From: Zootoca vivipara
Lineage: Eukaryota
Direction of reading: 5' to 3'
NCBI RefSeq assembly: GCF_963506605.1
Contig: NC_083282.1
Coordinates: forward strand, 60,016,001-60,080,000
Length of the DNA stretch: 64,000 nucleotides
A model generated the notes under the pieces. That model made no database searches, was not told where the DNA came from, and saw only the letters and a program-made list of their open reading frames with translations. Positions within the stretch are counted from its first letter, which is position 1, and each line of letters opens with the position of its first letter. The position numbers and the translations under genes were made by a program. This document shows, piece after piece, positions 25,603 to 38,149 of this stretch.

Positions 25603-26649
25603 TCAGACCCATACAGCTGTGTTAAAATCAAACCCTGACTGGGTGTGTTCTATTGTGTTGTGGATCTTCTTGGTGCAGTGTTTGGCCTTGGCCTTGCCTG
25701 CTTCCTTCTTTTGGCACCTTTCTGCTTTGTCGTGTGAGTTTGCTATGTTCCCATGGACCGGGAAGTAAAAGGTTCCCTTCTGTTTGCTTGCCTTTTTGGG
25801 CCTCTTTAAGATTTCGGCCTCTTTATCTTCTGTTGGCAGCCAGCAAGGCTTCTCCTTGAGCAACCTGTCTCTATCTGGCCTGACGCTCCTTAAGAACTTC
25901 TTAAAGATATTGGCCGTGAGGGAGAACTTTCTGCAAAACTCCTGGGACTTGCTGCTCGACAGGGTCGTCTCGTTCTTCTCCACCTTTTTGTCTATCTCAG
26001 GCAAATCCAACCAGTTTCCAACCAAATCAGCAAAGATGTTGTCGCCCAAGACGAGAGGCTGTCGATTCCTGCTCTGAGACATTAGCGAGGAAGTCCAGTC
26101 GTTGGTCTCATCAGAGAATTGACATTCCCTGCACCCCGATCTACTCTCGGACCAGCTGTTTGTGTCTTGGGAAAACCAGCTTCTCGTCATGTGCTCATTG
26201 GACGACTCAAACGTCCTCGGAGAATGGTACTCTGCCGTGCTCACTGTTGATGAATGTCCGCTCGCATGATAGTAGTCCTCACTACTTATGCTGTTAAGGG
26301 AAGAAGCCATGTATCCATGGCTACTGTCTGGCAAAGTAATGTGGTGAAGCTGGCTGGCGGATTGTGACCCCTGAGTAGAGCATGAAAAGGCTGAGGAACT
26401 GCAGTCCTGCAAGTAGCTCCTTCCCAGCAGCTTCTCGCCCTGTCTGCTGGCTTCACACCTTGCCCTGGGTGCCTCCAAATTGTTTTGACAATATTGGTGC
26501 TGGCCAATTCCTGGAACCTGGCTTGGATTGCTTGAGATCTCCAGCTGTTCCAAAGCTGTCTGGACCTGGAGGAGTTTCAGCTCCTGCAGAGCACCCATCA
26601 TGCAGTTCATCTGTTCATGTAGCCCGTCCCCAACCTCCTTCATGGAAAG
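25603..26649 (-). CDS. INKA2: INKA2 (FAM212B) coding exon 2 (terminal coding exon), PAK4-inhibitor Inka2
   Basis: Reads LSMKEVGDGLHEQMNCMMGALQELKLLQVQTALEQLEIS..., Inka box DWTSSLMSQSRNRQPLVLGDNIFADLVGNWLDLPE (25996-26100), LTANIFKKFLRSVRPDRDRLLKEKP, C-terminus SGFDFNTAVWV*, all matching recalled vertebrate INKA2. Acceptor ...tctcctaacAG|CTT TCC ATG with polypyrimidine tract at 26650 onward. Confidence 0.97.
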   Translation of the reverse strand, partial: LSMKEVGDGLHEQMNCMMGALQELKLLQVQTALEQLEISSNPSQVPGIGQHQYCQNNLEAPRARCEASRQGEKLLGRSYLQDCSSSAFSCSTQGSQSASQLHHITLPDSSHGYMASSLNSISSEDYYHASGHSSTVSTAEYHSPRTFESSNEHMTRSWFSQDTNSWSESRSGCRECQFSDETNDWTSSLMSQSRNRQPLVLGDNIFADLVGNWLDLPEIDKKVEKNETTLSSSKSQEFCRKFSLTANIFKKFLRSVRPDRDRLLKEKPCWLPTEDKEAEILKRPKKASKQKGTFYFPVHGNIANSHDKAERCQKKEAGKAKAKHCTKKIHNTIEHTQSGFDFNTAVWV

Positions 26650-26894
26650 CTGTTAGGAGAGGGGGAGGGGAGAAAAAGAGGATTTCAAATTAGTGCTGAA
26701 GAAGCCAAATGACAACAGCAGGTCTCACTGAGACAACAGAGAAAGAGAAGTGAACTCTGTTCTCTTCTACTTGTCTGGCCTTATATAGAGAGCTATAAAT
26801 ATCATGCATTACTAGGCTAGATTCTTTCTATGTTTTCAGCAGGACACAGAACTGCAAAGAATTTAAAAGCTGTACAGTATAATCTGATCTGGTT

Positions 26895-27032
26895 NNNNNN
26901 NNNNNNNNNNNNNNNNNNNNNNNNNNNNNNNNNNNNNNNNNNNNNNNNNNNNNNNNNNNNNNNNNNNNNNNNNNNNNNNNNNNNNNNNNNNNNNNNNNNN
27001 NNNNNNNNNNNNNNNNNNNNNNNNNNNNNNNN
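26895..27032. other. Assembly gap (138 N)
   Basis: Run of n. Confidence 1.
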
Positions 27033-27094
27033 GCATATGATTGCATTTCATCAGTTTCATTCTTCTTCAGTGTGCACAACAAACTACTCCACTA

Positions 27095-27339
27095 CAGTGG
27101 TACCTCTGGTTAAGAACTTAATTCGTTCTGGAGGTCTGTTCTTAACCTGAAACTGTTCTTAACCTGAAGCACCACTTTAACTAATAGGGCCTCCTGCTGC
27201 TGTTGCTGCGCTGCCGGAGCACGATTTCTGTTCTCAACCTGAAGCAAAGTTCTTAACCCGAGGTACTATTTCTGGGTTAGCGGAGTCTGTAACTTGAAGC
27301 GTTTGTAACCTGAAGCATTTGTAACCCGAGGTACCACTG
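27095..27339. mobile_element. Tc1/mariner (Tigger-like) MITE
   Basis: TIR CAGTGGTACCTC / GAGGTACCACTG flanked by TA on both sides. Confidence 0.9.
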
Positions 27340-29934
27340 TATTACAAGTCAGCTCCCTGGGCATTTCCCAGATAGTGAGTAGGTAGCACATAGTCCTCCA
27401 CAGAGGTATGCCCACAATTATTATTATTTTTTGCAGAACTGTGATCTTTCGTTTTCTTTTTTTCTACGCTGCCCCGGGCTCCTTTCAGAGGAAGCACAGT
27501 ATATAAATTCAGTTGTGTTGGTTTTTTTTTTTTTTTTTTAAAAATCATATCATGCATGCAACCAAGCATGAAGATTCCTTATAAAAAATTAACCCTATTA
27601 CCCCGAGAAAGTGGCCTAGTTCTGGCTATGGGTAGTACCATTTCAAACTGTGGGCAGGGGCTCACATGATTATATACTCCATACAAAAAATCCCATGCAC
27701 AAAAAAAGGCTAGTATGTCAGGAGGGAGACATGATGTGCAAAGTTCTGCATCTGCAGGGGATGTTTTTGTATGGAAGAACCTTCCGTGATCTGAGCCTGT
27801 ACCTTAAATGTGAAATGGTGCAGTCCAAATGCAGACTTACCACCTTATCTGCTGTTTGCAAAAACACAAGTCATAGCTTCATATACTTCTGACTAAGAAA
27901 TGACAAAAATATATTATCAATGACAGTGATTATTATGACCATCATCAGTAAAGATTATTGCTTTAAATACGCACACAAGTTTATAAACTTAAACAAGAAA
28001 AAGAGGGGTGGTGGTTTCGCCCCCCCCCCCATTTGCTTCCAGACTAGACCTATCATTAGCACGGATTTCTTGCTACCTTCCTGCCATGCTAAACACGCCG
28101 GCTATTTTCTGCAGCTTCTAAATTCTCCACTCTGCCCTTTCGCTGCACGCTTTCCCTTACAGAGGAATCAGATCTGATTCCCAACACGGCATCATAAAAC
28201 AAATGGGCCGTACTTCCTAACAGCTGCCTGCCACTACACCCTCTTTTTCTCTCTTGCACAGAGCTGCAGGAGAGAAGCGGGAACTCTTTGATGTGCTTAG
28301 CTTTTCAACCCGTTTCATGGCTGAGCCTGTGTCTACATGTCTTGTTATCACCATGCATTGTTCAAAACCTCACTGCATTCTCTTTAAGCGGGGGTTTGGG
28401 GGGGGGAGGGCTCTCTTGCTCTGCATCTGCACCCATGCGCAAGGCCGGCAGCTACATTGCCAGGCATTATCTGCCATCATTTCACTACATTAGCTCTGCT
28501 GCCTGCCAGTTCGGCCGTTTCCTTGGGAGCAGAGAACGCAAGATCTCGTCAGGATCAGAGGGGCTTGTACCGTGCTGAAACCGCTAAATGCACCCAGGAG
28601 CATGCAAGTTCCTCTCCAATAACGAAGGCTCAAAACCGGACATACAGAGGCAGCTGAAGCAGGAGCAAGAAACCCAGCTGCCTGCCAGCATATCAGAGCA
28701 AGGAGCTGCCAGGCTTAAAGAGAGGATGCTTCTCTTAACTTCTGATTAAATTTTAAAAGCCCTCTGCTTCTTGGCTAGCTCGTAGCCAAAGCTGCAAAAA
28801 GCTCTGCCGACTTTCTGCAGAAGTGATAAGCGTGTTCCTAGAAAAGAAACAGCTCTTTCTGTTACCCACATGCAGAACCTCCTGGGAGCCCATCTGTTCT
28901 CTAAGCCTCGGAGAAAACTATCACCTTACCTCTTCCCAGATCTGCTGTAATGCCTCTCGTCCTAACCTTTCCCTGCCTTATTAAGGGAAGCCCCCTTTTA
29001 TCTGGGGCTTTGCAAAGCTGACTTTGGAAACAGCTTGGCCCCTCATTGGACACTTCCCATCAAATCCCCTCGCAGGCCAAGTGGTGTAATCAAGCAACGA
29101 GGAGTGACAATGGGTCCTGCAGTAATGACTGGGGCTGACAGGGGAAGCCGGCATATGCTGGATGGCTGTGCTGTTCACTTCATTGATTCAATTAACTCCC
29201 CCATTTTGGGGAGGGGGGGAAGGAAGGAGGGGTATCATCACAAAGCACGCCTCATGTGACAAGGACCTATTAGGAATTATTAATATTTCAGGCGTGCTGA
29301 TTCTCAGCGTCTGTCTCAAGAGAGGGAGATGATAACAAAGGAGCACAAGGGTTGAGTCCAATGGTCCAGATTTCGCACTCTCCCTACTATGGCCTGAGCT
29401 TAATTCCTAGCCAGGAAACATTTCTCTCCTTTCATTTTTACGAATTCCAGTGGCAGAATATATACCCAAATTTTACTTCTACCCCATTCAGCTAAAATAT
29501 CTTAAGTAACCAGGCTGGGAACGAGGCCTTTCATTGGAGGTCTTGGGCAACCATTGTCAGTCACGCCAAATGGTCCTGAGCATGACTGATTGGGCTCCGC
29601 AGAAAGAAGTCGTCCAAGAACTATTTGGGTTTTCTTTTATGGGCACACTGAGATGGATATACACACACAGTGTTGTTGTTTTTCAGGGGGTTCTCAAGGG
29701 TATGCAGTACCGGCACCTGTTTTTCGTTTTCCAAGTGTGGCATTTACTATAACTGCATGGTGAGTACCAGCACCTATTTTTCGGGGGGGGGAGCACAGTG
29801 TGTGTGTATACACACACACACACACACACACAAACACAGACTGGATCTAGCAGTGCCAAACGAGGGCACTGAGTTTTGCAAACATTTTCACACACACACC
29901 CTTCCAGACGAAGTGCATTATTTTTGTGTAACTG

Positions 29935-30140
29935 TGCAAAGGATGCTCAGAGAGAAGACACGTCATGGTGCACCTGCAGCAGGACAGCTGGATGCCTTCA
30001 TCTGCCCCAGCTGCAACAAAACATGCCTCTCCTGTATCGGTCTCTACAGCCACAGGAGGTGCTATAACCTTCCAACAGTTTGACTTCACCCCCCAAAGGC
30101 GCAAACCTTTATTGTCTCCCGAGGCAGACGGATGCCAGCT
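29935..30140 (+). mobile_element. RTE-clade LINE 3' fragment (non-BovB)
   Basis: Encodes FICPSCNKTCLSCIGLYSHRRC, the C-terminal zinc-finger-like motif typical of RTE ORFs, then attgtctcccgaggcagacggatgcca. Confidence 0.75.
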
Positions 30141-30749
30141 TTATAGTTCCACTCTGATGTTATGATTTTTATTTTATTTTTTTTTAAAAAAAACTAACTT
30201 CAAACTTCACTTGCATTTTGGCATAAAACCTCAGAGAACGAGCCCGAAGCTGCTGGAGGTGCTTTTAGCAGAAGTTACGCAAGGCTTGTTACATAAGGCA
30301 TCCCGCAGCAAAATGTCTTAAAGCACTAGAGATTCTGTGTGCCATTTCGAGGCGGGGTGTGCTGTGAAGTGAGCTAAAGCATCTCAGTAAAAGCTGCAAG
30401 GGAACTCAAAATAATGGCTAATTAACAACGGGTCCCTAAACATGTCTTATTCATTGTTATGCACTTTTAACTAGCTGACTCCAGGAGTAATGGCTTCCAG
30501 CTGTTAAGATGAGACATTTAGGACCAGGGTTTTTGGAAGCTCATCTCTTCGCCACAATCCTCCCTGCTTCTCACCCTCTCATAAAGCGCAAGGAATGCGG
30601 AAGTTACTGCTCCTTTTCCTCGCTCTTCTCACTGCTTATTTGCAAATCTGTCCATGTCAGCTTCTTTCCATTTCTCTTTTCTCCCCGTCTTAAGTTCAGT
30701 TCCCCACATTCCAACATCAGTGTGTGGATTTTTTTGAAACAAAAACCCT

Positions 30750-30840
30750 CATAAGTTCAGAAGAGCCTGCTGGATCAGGCCAATGGCCCATCTAGTCCAA
30801 CAACCTCACAGCGACCAACCAAATGCCTTTGGGAAGCCTG
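30750..30840 (-). mobile_element. Old CR1-like 3' end fragment
   Basis: agaagagcctgctggatcaggccaatggcccatctagtcca, shared with 55495-55560. Confidence 0.6.
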
Positions 30841-31642
30841 TTCACAGTGCGAATGCAGCCCTGAGAAGATTGAGTCCAAGTGTTGGTTTTTTTGTGTGTG
30901 AGTTGGGATTTGGATGCTAGAAACAGTCCATGGCCTTTTTGCTCTCTTGTTTTGCCCCTTGCTGCCCTGATCTGACCCTATTGCACAGCCTGATAGTGAG
31001 ATCCATGGACATTGGGGTGCAGATAGAAACTGAAAGCCCTGGGACCGTTTCTTCTACAACATCTTAGGATCCATACTTGTGTTGTTTTCACCACAAGTGA
31101 AACTTCTGCAGCCCAGGCCTGAATGCAAAGGTCATAATTAATTGGAGAGCTGGCATTTTTTATTTAGGTGAGCTTTATATAATCAGACACAATAGTTACA
31201 TAAAGTGCCCGGAAGATAAACTTCTCATCAAGCAAACTGACAGGTATATATAGTGGCATCTCCTGAAAAATTTAACGGATTTACTAAAGGAATTTTCCTG
31301 CGCTACTTGCTCTGAAGGTCTTACACATGGGAAATGTAAGAACCCCGTATTCCATATGCTAGCTAAGTATCTTTTGCAGGAACAAAACAGAGTCATAAAA
31401 GCAAAGACGCAGAATATTCAGTTCTATACTCCTAAGGTCTATGCTAGTTTTAGGTGAGTCCTGGCCCATTTTGTTCTCATTTTGTTCCCAGTTGTGTAAT
31501 TTTCTGAGGATGAGACCTGCAGCTACACAAACTGCAGAATGGCAACGGACTTAGATTTTTGTGTATATAGCAAGAAAGTAGTTCCTACTTAAAAGTTTCT
31601 TTTCAGTTGACAAGACGGGTTCTCCATTGCAGAGAGCACGAT

Positions 31643-32414
31643 TTGCGGTGGGGGCTGGAAAACCACGCCTATGGTAAAGGTGGGGGCATGAGTGGCCACC
31701 GTTTTATTGGTTAAGGGGCTGTTGTTGGGCATATTTGTATGTTGCAAGTTGTAAATCAAATACTGGGGGTATATAAGCTTAAACGTTGGGTTTTTTCTTT
31801 ACCCTTCTCTTTGGCTGCGTTTCTGATCCCCACCCTCCCTCCCTGTTTTTAGGCCTCTGTGTTGACATTGCTTTGACTTTTCTTGGTCGCCTGTATTCAG
31901 GGGCCGGTAGGAATTTTTCCCATCTGGCTGATTGGCTGGTGCCATTTGGGTTTTCGCCTACTGCATAGCAAATAGTCACAACTTGTAAGGTTGGCGGTTA
32001 GGCATTGGTTATGTTGTTTGTATTAAGGGTCTTAAAGATTAGTTGGTCCCAAGTTTATGCCTGAGTGGTGGGGAAATCCTGGTCAGGAATACAGTGGCTC
32101 TATGCTGTGTCCGTAACCCCTAAGTAGGGGCCAGGACCGCATATTGAAGCCTCTGGGAGCCTGAAGGGAGAGGGGAGAGTTCTGTACACCCGGTCCCCGT
32201 CTCTCCCTGTGGGGATTTCCCCGTGTTGACAAGGCAAGTTTTATTTTATTAATAGTTCTGTCCTTAGGTGACAGTTGGGAACCAATGCCTACGCAACCAC
32301 TCACATGGTTTGGATTTAATAAAGTTGTGGCCAAATTCATGCCAAAAACCATTAAACTTAATACTGTCTACATTGTGATTTATTTAAGGGTGGTTTGGGG
32401 ACCTCCACACGCAA
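31643..32414 (+). mobile_element. LTR-like / DIRS-Ngaro-like terminal sequence, copy 1
   Basis: Shares gccatttgggttt..tagcaaat.gtcacaacttgtaaggttg and aataaagttgtggcc...acacgcaa with 47270-47828. Left boundary and class uncertain. Confidence 0.5.
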
Positions 32415-32973
32415 AAAAACCCCAAAACATTTTTCTTGCCTGTTGTTAGCTCTATTGTTTTTTTGTTTACTTTCAGCTAAAAAACCAGAGAAAAGGTACA
32501 CAAATATGCTAAGCATAGACAAGTTATAGGCTGAGATGAATTCAGGCTCTGGTTTTGAAGTTCCAACGACAAATGGCTGTATCTAAACTGCTGTGCAAAT
32601 CAATTCCATGAATTTTATGCTGTGTATATTTACAAATCAAACAGGCTGTATCCAAAGCAATTGCATTTTTGCACGATTGTAGCAATGGATTCTGCTTTGT
32701 GCAATCTAACCTAAGAAGAAATGGGAATGGCAGGACATGCAAAGGGAATAATATGGGAAGAGCTCAAGAGCGTGCCATAGTGGAATTAGATGTCAGAGGC
32801 ACAAGGTAGCCAATACGGTGCCCTTCAAATGTTGTTGGACCGCTCCCATCATCCATGAAGATCAGCCATATTTGCTGGGGCTGATGGGTGTTTGAAGTCA
32901 AACAACATCTGGAGGACACCAGGTTGGTTAGCCCGGCAGAGCCGGCACTTGAATATGCAGATACTATCCCATG

Positions 32974-34295
32974 CATAGGTGCCAGGGTGGATTTGATTTA
33001 AATCAAACTGATTTAAATCACGATTTAAATCACGATTTAAATCACTAGTCAGTAAGGCTTGATTTAAATCATAGTTTTCTACATAAAGACTAATTCTTGC
33101 TGGTATAACTTTAAAATGCAAGTAGATGAAGATTTTTAGAATAACAACTTTTCATATTAGTTTTTTATCCCCAGTTTAATAGGTTAATCATTCATATTCG
33201 GACAACTTTACTGTTGTACTTAGGAAGGAGAAAAATAATCATTACCTTAATAATAATAATTTAAATAGATTTATTCAACTGAAACAATAACATTACAGCA
33301 TATGTTATTTGCTTAAACAAACATCCATGTTTGTTAACTAATTTGGCTAAACAAAAACAAAATATATATATTTTAAGAAACTTAGACTGTCAACCCAGCC
33401 TACACATGAAAAACATAAATACTGTCCACTCCAAACAATCAGAAAAATATTGTTTCTATTCTATTCACTGAACTTCTTGAAACTTAGCACTGAAGGGCTT
33501 GTTTCTGTATTCATAGGTTTGTAGAACAATAGGATTAAGGTCTTTTTCTCAACTCTGTTCATGTTATAACATTTTTGCTGTGAAGAAGAGGCATGTGATC
33601 TCTGCTGAGTCAAATTCAGTTTTGAGAACTGCAAAAGTAAACCAAGCATCTGTGATAATATCTTGTAGGCAGAGAAACTGCCCAATAATCTTACAAAAAC
33701 CTCTGGAAGAGCATGACATTGTGAATAGATTAATGGAATTTATTTACCCCCAAAATTAAACATATACAACCTTATTCTACATAATTAAAAAACTAATATT
33801 TATTTCATGATGGAATAACCTTTGGATGGTAATATATTTTCCTCAAAAAGCATTTTATTTTAAAAAATCCAATTTAAATCAAAAAAATTGATTTAAATAA
33901 AAAAATCTGATTTAAATCAAAAAAATCCGATTTTTTTGATTTTTTTTAAAAAAAATCATTGATTTTTATCCACCCTGATAGGTGCCAACTCCCAGATTGA
34001 AAAATCCGGGATAGGCAGCAGCGCGGCACCGGAAGTCGCACTGCGGCCATTTTGGAACTGGGCAGAGCAGCACTGGAAGTCGCTTCTACGCATGCTCTGC
34101 CCATTTCCAAAATGGCCGCAGCGCCAGAAATCGCTTCCGCGCATGTCCAGAGACTCCAGACATGCACAGAAGGAACCTCCCCGGGCTGGTAAGAATCCGG
34201 GGGATTTGCGGGTTTTTTTTTCAATCCGGGCTGCCAGCGGGAAATGGCTGGAAAAACGGGGTTTCCCGGGAAATACGGGAGACTTGGCAGCTATG
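32974..34295. mobile_element. CATAGCTGCC-family hAT MITE split by a nested element
   Basis: Internal similarity to 2318-2597; right TIR CGGGAGACTTGGCAGCTATG; TSD ATCCCATG / ATCCCACG. Confidence 0.85.
32983..33977. mobile_element. 995-bp AT-rich non-autonomous hAT element with GATTTAAATC subterminal repeats
   Basis: TIR CAGGGTGGAT / ATCCACCCTG; perfect 8-bp TSD ATAGGTGC; arrays of GATTTAAATC at both ends. Confidence 0.88.
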
Positions 34296-34318
34296 ATCCC
34301 ACGCCTTCAGAATCAGGT

Positions 34319-34422
34319 AAAAAGGTAAAGGTAAAGGGACCCCTGACCGTTAGGTCCAGTCGCGGACGATTCTGGGGTTGCGGCGCTCATCTCGCTTTAC
34401 TGGCTGAGGGAGCCGGCGTACA
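34319..34422 (-). mobile_element. Sauria SINE 3' fragment
   Basis: aaaggtaaaggtaaagggacccctgaccgttaggtccagtc... as at 14740. Confidence 0.85.
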
Positions 34423-36141
34423 GGTAGGCCTATATTAATCTCAATGTAATATTTATTTAATCAAAACAAAACATGTCCTTTCTGAGGACATAAACCCAAT
34501 TAAGGTTAACATCTTGGTCTACTCCATTTGTCTTTTCCCACCTTAACCAACCATTTCAAGTCTCTGGAAATGAGCATAAAAGGGAACCTCATTTTAAACT
34601 CTTGGTGTCTTATCTCTCTGTCGATCTATTTGTTTTTGTGAGAGAGCCAGCGTTTGCAATGCTTCCCTGGAATTCAGTGTCAGTCGATCCCCTTGAGACA
34701 AATTTGTTTTTGTTTCCAGCTTGTCACCACATCTGTGCTGCCCGGGACCCTGGTAATATTTTGGTACAGATGGAGGAAAAGAGGGATAACATGGCCCAGC
34801 TGAACTAGAAGCCAGAAGAAGCTTCTCATAATTGGAAGGAAGACAGATGTCCAGCCCCTGGATGAAAGAGGTGTTGTGAGAGGAAGTTATTGTTAAGTGA
34901 AACCCTGGGAACAGGAAACGGGGGATTGCTATGGCAGCTTTTAATAAAGAGGGGGAGGAAACACAACTCTCAACGAACAATATTTGGATGATTCAAAAAG
35001 GATGCTATAATCAGCACAAAAGGATTTTACAGAAATGACATCAATTCCATGCGGGTGATTTTTTTTGGCAGTGGCGGGGTGGTGAAGAAGTATGTATATT
35101 GGAGTTTGCTAGTAGGAGACAAAAATTAAGAAAACAAAACGGACAATCCACTGAGACGTATTTCTGTGTCAGCCCCTTTGAAATGAAAAAAACTGAAGAG
35201 AAACGTGTCTGAGGACCACCTTGATGTTGAGCCTACCCACTCTCTGCGCTGGTTTGGTACCAGTAAATGCCTTGTAAATGCAAATGCAATATCAACAAAA
35301 GCATGGACATCAGACTTGAAGCTGGGTGTTCTCAGCTCTGACCACTCATCATCTCAGGTTCATTCTAGATGTCATGGACAGACTATGCTTTGACCATCGT
35401 GACTATGCTATGGACCCACTCACATCCTCCTTCCCCACGTGTTTGGATTCCCTCTCGCTTCCTGGATTGTTATAACTATAGCTTGTAGCTGCATTTAAAT
35501 CAGGCAATCTTTGATTAATCTATGATTAATTAGGCTCCAGGCCAGAATTGGACTAGACAGCCCTACAAATTGAGGACTGCCTTTATACAATAGGAATGAC
35601 CACCCTACTAGGGTTTTAGAATTACATGCATTGAAAATTGTACACGTTTTTAAAATAAAAAAATGTACGATTCCTGATGCACATTTTTATCAATTGAAAG
35701 TGTTTTATTGAACTAACCGATGAAGTGCTGCAGCTATTTTAGTTCATTTCTAAACCTGCATTAGTTCATTTCTAAACCTAACATGCACACTTACACTCCT
35801 GGGTACAGATCTGCACATATCCGGAGGTGTTAAAGTCAGTGATGCTCTCACCCTGCAGCAAGGGTACCTCCTCATTATGTGTGATTACGCTGATGAGTTG
35901 CTTCTGGTGCTAGCTAGAAAGTCAGAACTCCCCCCCCCTCACCTAAATTAATCCTACAATTAAGCTAAAAAATTGTGATGCAGCTCTATGCAGTCCCAGT
36001 TTTACATTTCCCCTGGCGTGGATTTACTGAGAAGTTCTATGTTGCATGATTTGTGGAGTGCGTCTCTGGAGTGACTCAGAGCTAACAACTAGTTTCAAAC
36101 TGTTTGGGACTAAGTGAGCCTTGGGTAATTCTCTGTAGCTT

Positions 36142-37094
36142 TGTAACAGACCAAAGGGAATTTAGCCAAAGGGTGCTAATCCCATTTCCCTGCATGGTAA
36201 TCCACCAAAGCTTTTACCTTTTAGCCATATGAGTCAAAGGTAGTTTAAGGTTGGCGCCACATGGATAAGCTACAAGCTGCATTTCCATGACCTACGGAGG
36301 AATGGCGAAGGCAGGGTAGCTGACTCAGCTTTCTTCCTGGCCTTATCCAGACCTTATCTGACTAAGTATGCAAAGCTACTCCCTCTCAACCCTTCGCAAT
36401 GTCTGATACAATTGCCCCTAAGCATACACTAACAAGCAACAATTATCGACTTGTCTAAGTTTCCTGTTCATGGTTTCCAGTCTGATATTGCGTTCTCCTT
36501 CCTGTCTCTCTTTCCAGGGTTGCCTCAGAAGAGGAGGAGTATCAGCACATGGCTATCTGAATTTCATGAATAACAAGTAGCGTGGAGTACTTCTGTTAAG
36601 AGTTCCAGGTAGCCATGCCCTTTCCAGTATCCTTCATTCCATTTCCTCTCCCCATCAATTTTTTTCATTCCATCCGAAGCAGTCAGCATTCCATTCAACT
36701 GAGCATGCTCAGTTAGTAAGCTGCGTTGGGACCTTCTCGTAACCTCCCCGCTGGTGTTCCTGAAGGTTTTCTGGGCGTGGGGTGGTATGTCTACTTCTGC
36801 AAACCTGGGTCTGCCGATCAGTTTCTATTGTGAGCTGATGGCAGCATTTTGGCTACATATTTGGCCACATTTGGGAAATGAATTATCTGTTAGTATATAG
36901 CAGGCATCCCCAAACTGCGGCCCTCCAGATGTTTTGGCCTACAACTCCCATGATCCCTAGCTAACAGGACCAGTGGTCGGGGAAGATGGGAATTGTAGTC
37001 CAAAACATCTGGAGGGCAAAAGTTTGGGGATGCCTGTTATATAGGATGCCAATAAAGGAGGGTCAACTGGAAGGGAGAAAGAGTTAACTTTACA
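36142..37094. mobile_element. Candidate solo LTR carrying a MITE insertion
   Basis: TGTAA...TTACA termini; flanks AGCTT / AGGTT (4 of 5 match). Confidence 0.4.
36901..37036. mobile_element. Palindromic 136-bp hAT MITE (copy 3)
   Basis: TIR CAGGCATCCCCAAACT; TSD GTATATAG / TTATATAG. Confidence 0.92.
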
Positions 37095-38149
37095 AGGTTG
37101 GTGGTCTAGAACAGAGAGCTAGGGGTGCTGGGAGCCCCAATATCTCCCTAAGGTAGAAGAATGCTGACCATACAGTTTAAATAATCAGGTTGTGGCCAAT
37201 GGCCAAGAATTATGCCTGAGACCTTTGGACTGAACCTTCCTTGTCTATACAAATTCTGAAAATAGAAATAAAGCGATGGCAAACCATATAAAAATGTAAA
37301 AGCTGAAATTAAACCAGGCATGGTTTTGGGTGCTCTGAATAAGCCCCATCCCCTTGTGATCTCTAGATGGTGAAAGGGCTAAAACATCCCTAGGGTGTCT
37401 CTAGAGATGGTCCAACAAACATTTCTGATGTGCCGCTTCATAATCTAACACTACCCAAGCATAAAAATAAGTAATGGCGTATTTATGAACGGTAGCAAAC
37501 CATTTCTTGCTGAGAGAGACATTAATCCAAGTGTTTTCAAGAGCAAAGGTCTTTGTGTGTATTACGTGAGGCTGCATCCACAAGGAAAGAAGCCATTGCC
37601 TCTCACTGATCCCATTCTGGGCTGTCAACTTGTGAACCCAATTGCTCTTCAGCTGTGAATTCTGCCAGCAGAGGCAGAGATGGTAATGGGAGGTCAATAG
37701 GATAATGCACATTACTATAGCTGCATTTACACACTATTGCCTCGGTGGCTAATTGAGTTAACATCTAAATCTTACTGGAACGCCACCCAGACAGCCTCTC
37801 CTCAGGAAGTGTATTTTGCGAGCATGTGAAGTGTACGTACAAATTGCTACATGGAAGCCAGTGAGTGTCACAGAAGCCAGGAGGAGACAGCTGGCATACA
37901 AATAAAGGAGCTGCACTTTCTCCATCACAAGGAATGTTCTGTTGTACTGTGATCAGGACAGGACAGGGGTGGGTAGAACACTGCCAAGCTCATGTTCATG
38001 GCAGTTCTTGGAGATAAGTTAACCTGTCCTCTCCCCCCAAATGTGAGGGATAATAGCCTGGTGCTTAGCAAAACTTCCCCCCTCCCCTGTATACCACACT
38101 CCACTTCAGAAAGGAACTGGTCTCAAATTCCCATCAGCATGTGTGGCAC

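Noticed and set aside
26828-27150. ORFs spanning the N run
   Set aside because: Artefacts of the assembly gap.
28976-28986. CArG box (CCTTATTAAGG)
   Set aside because: Seven A/T bases between CC and GG; the consensus needs six.
32993-33072. CRISPR-like or satellite array (GATTTAAATCAC repeats)
   Set aside because: Eukaryotic DNA, no unique spacers; these are subterminal repeats of the hAT element 32983-33977.
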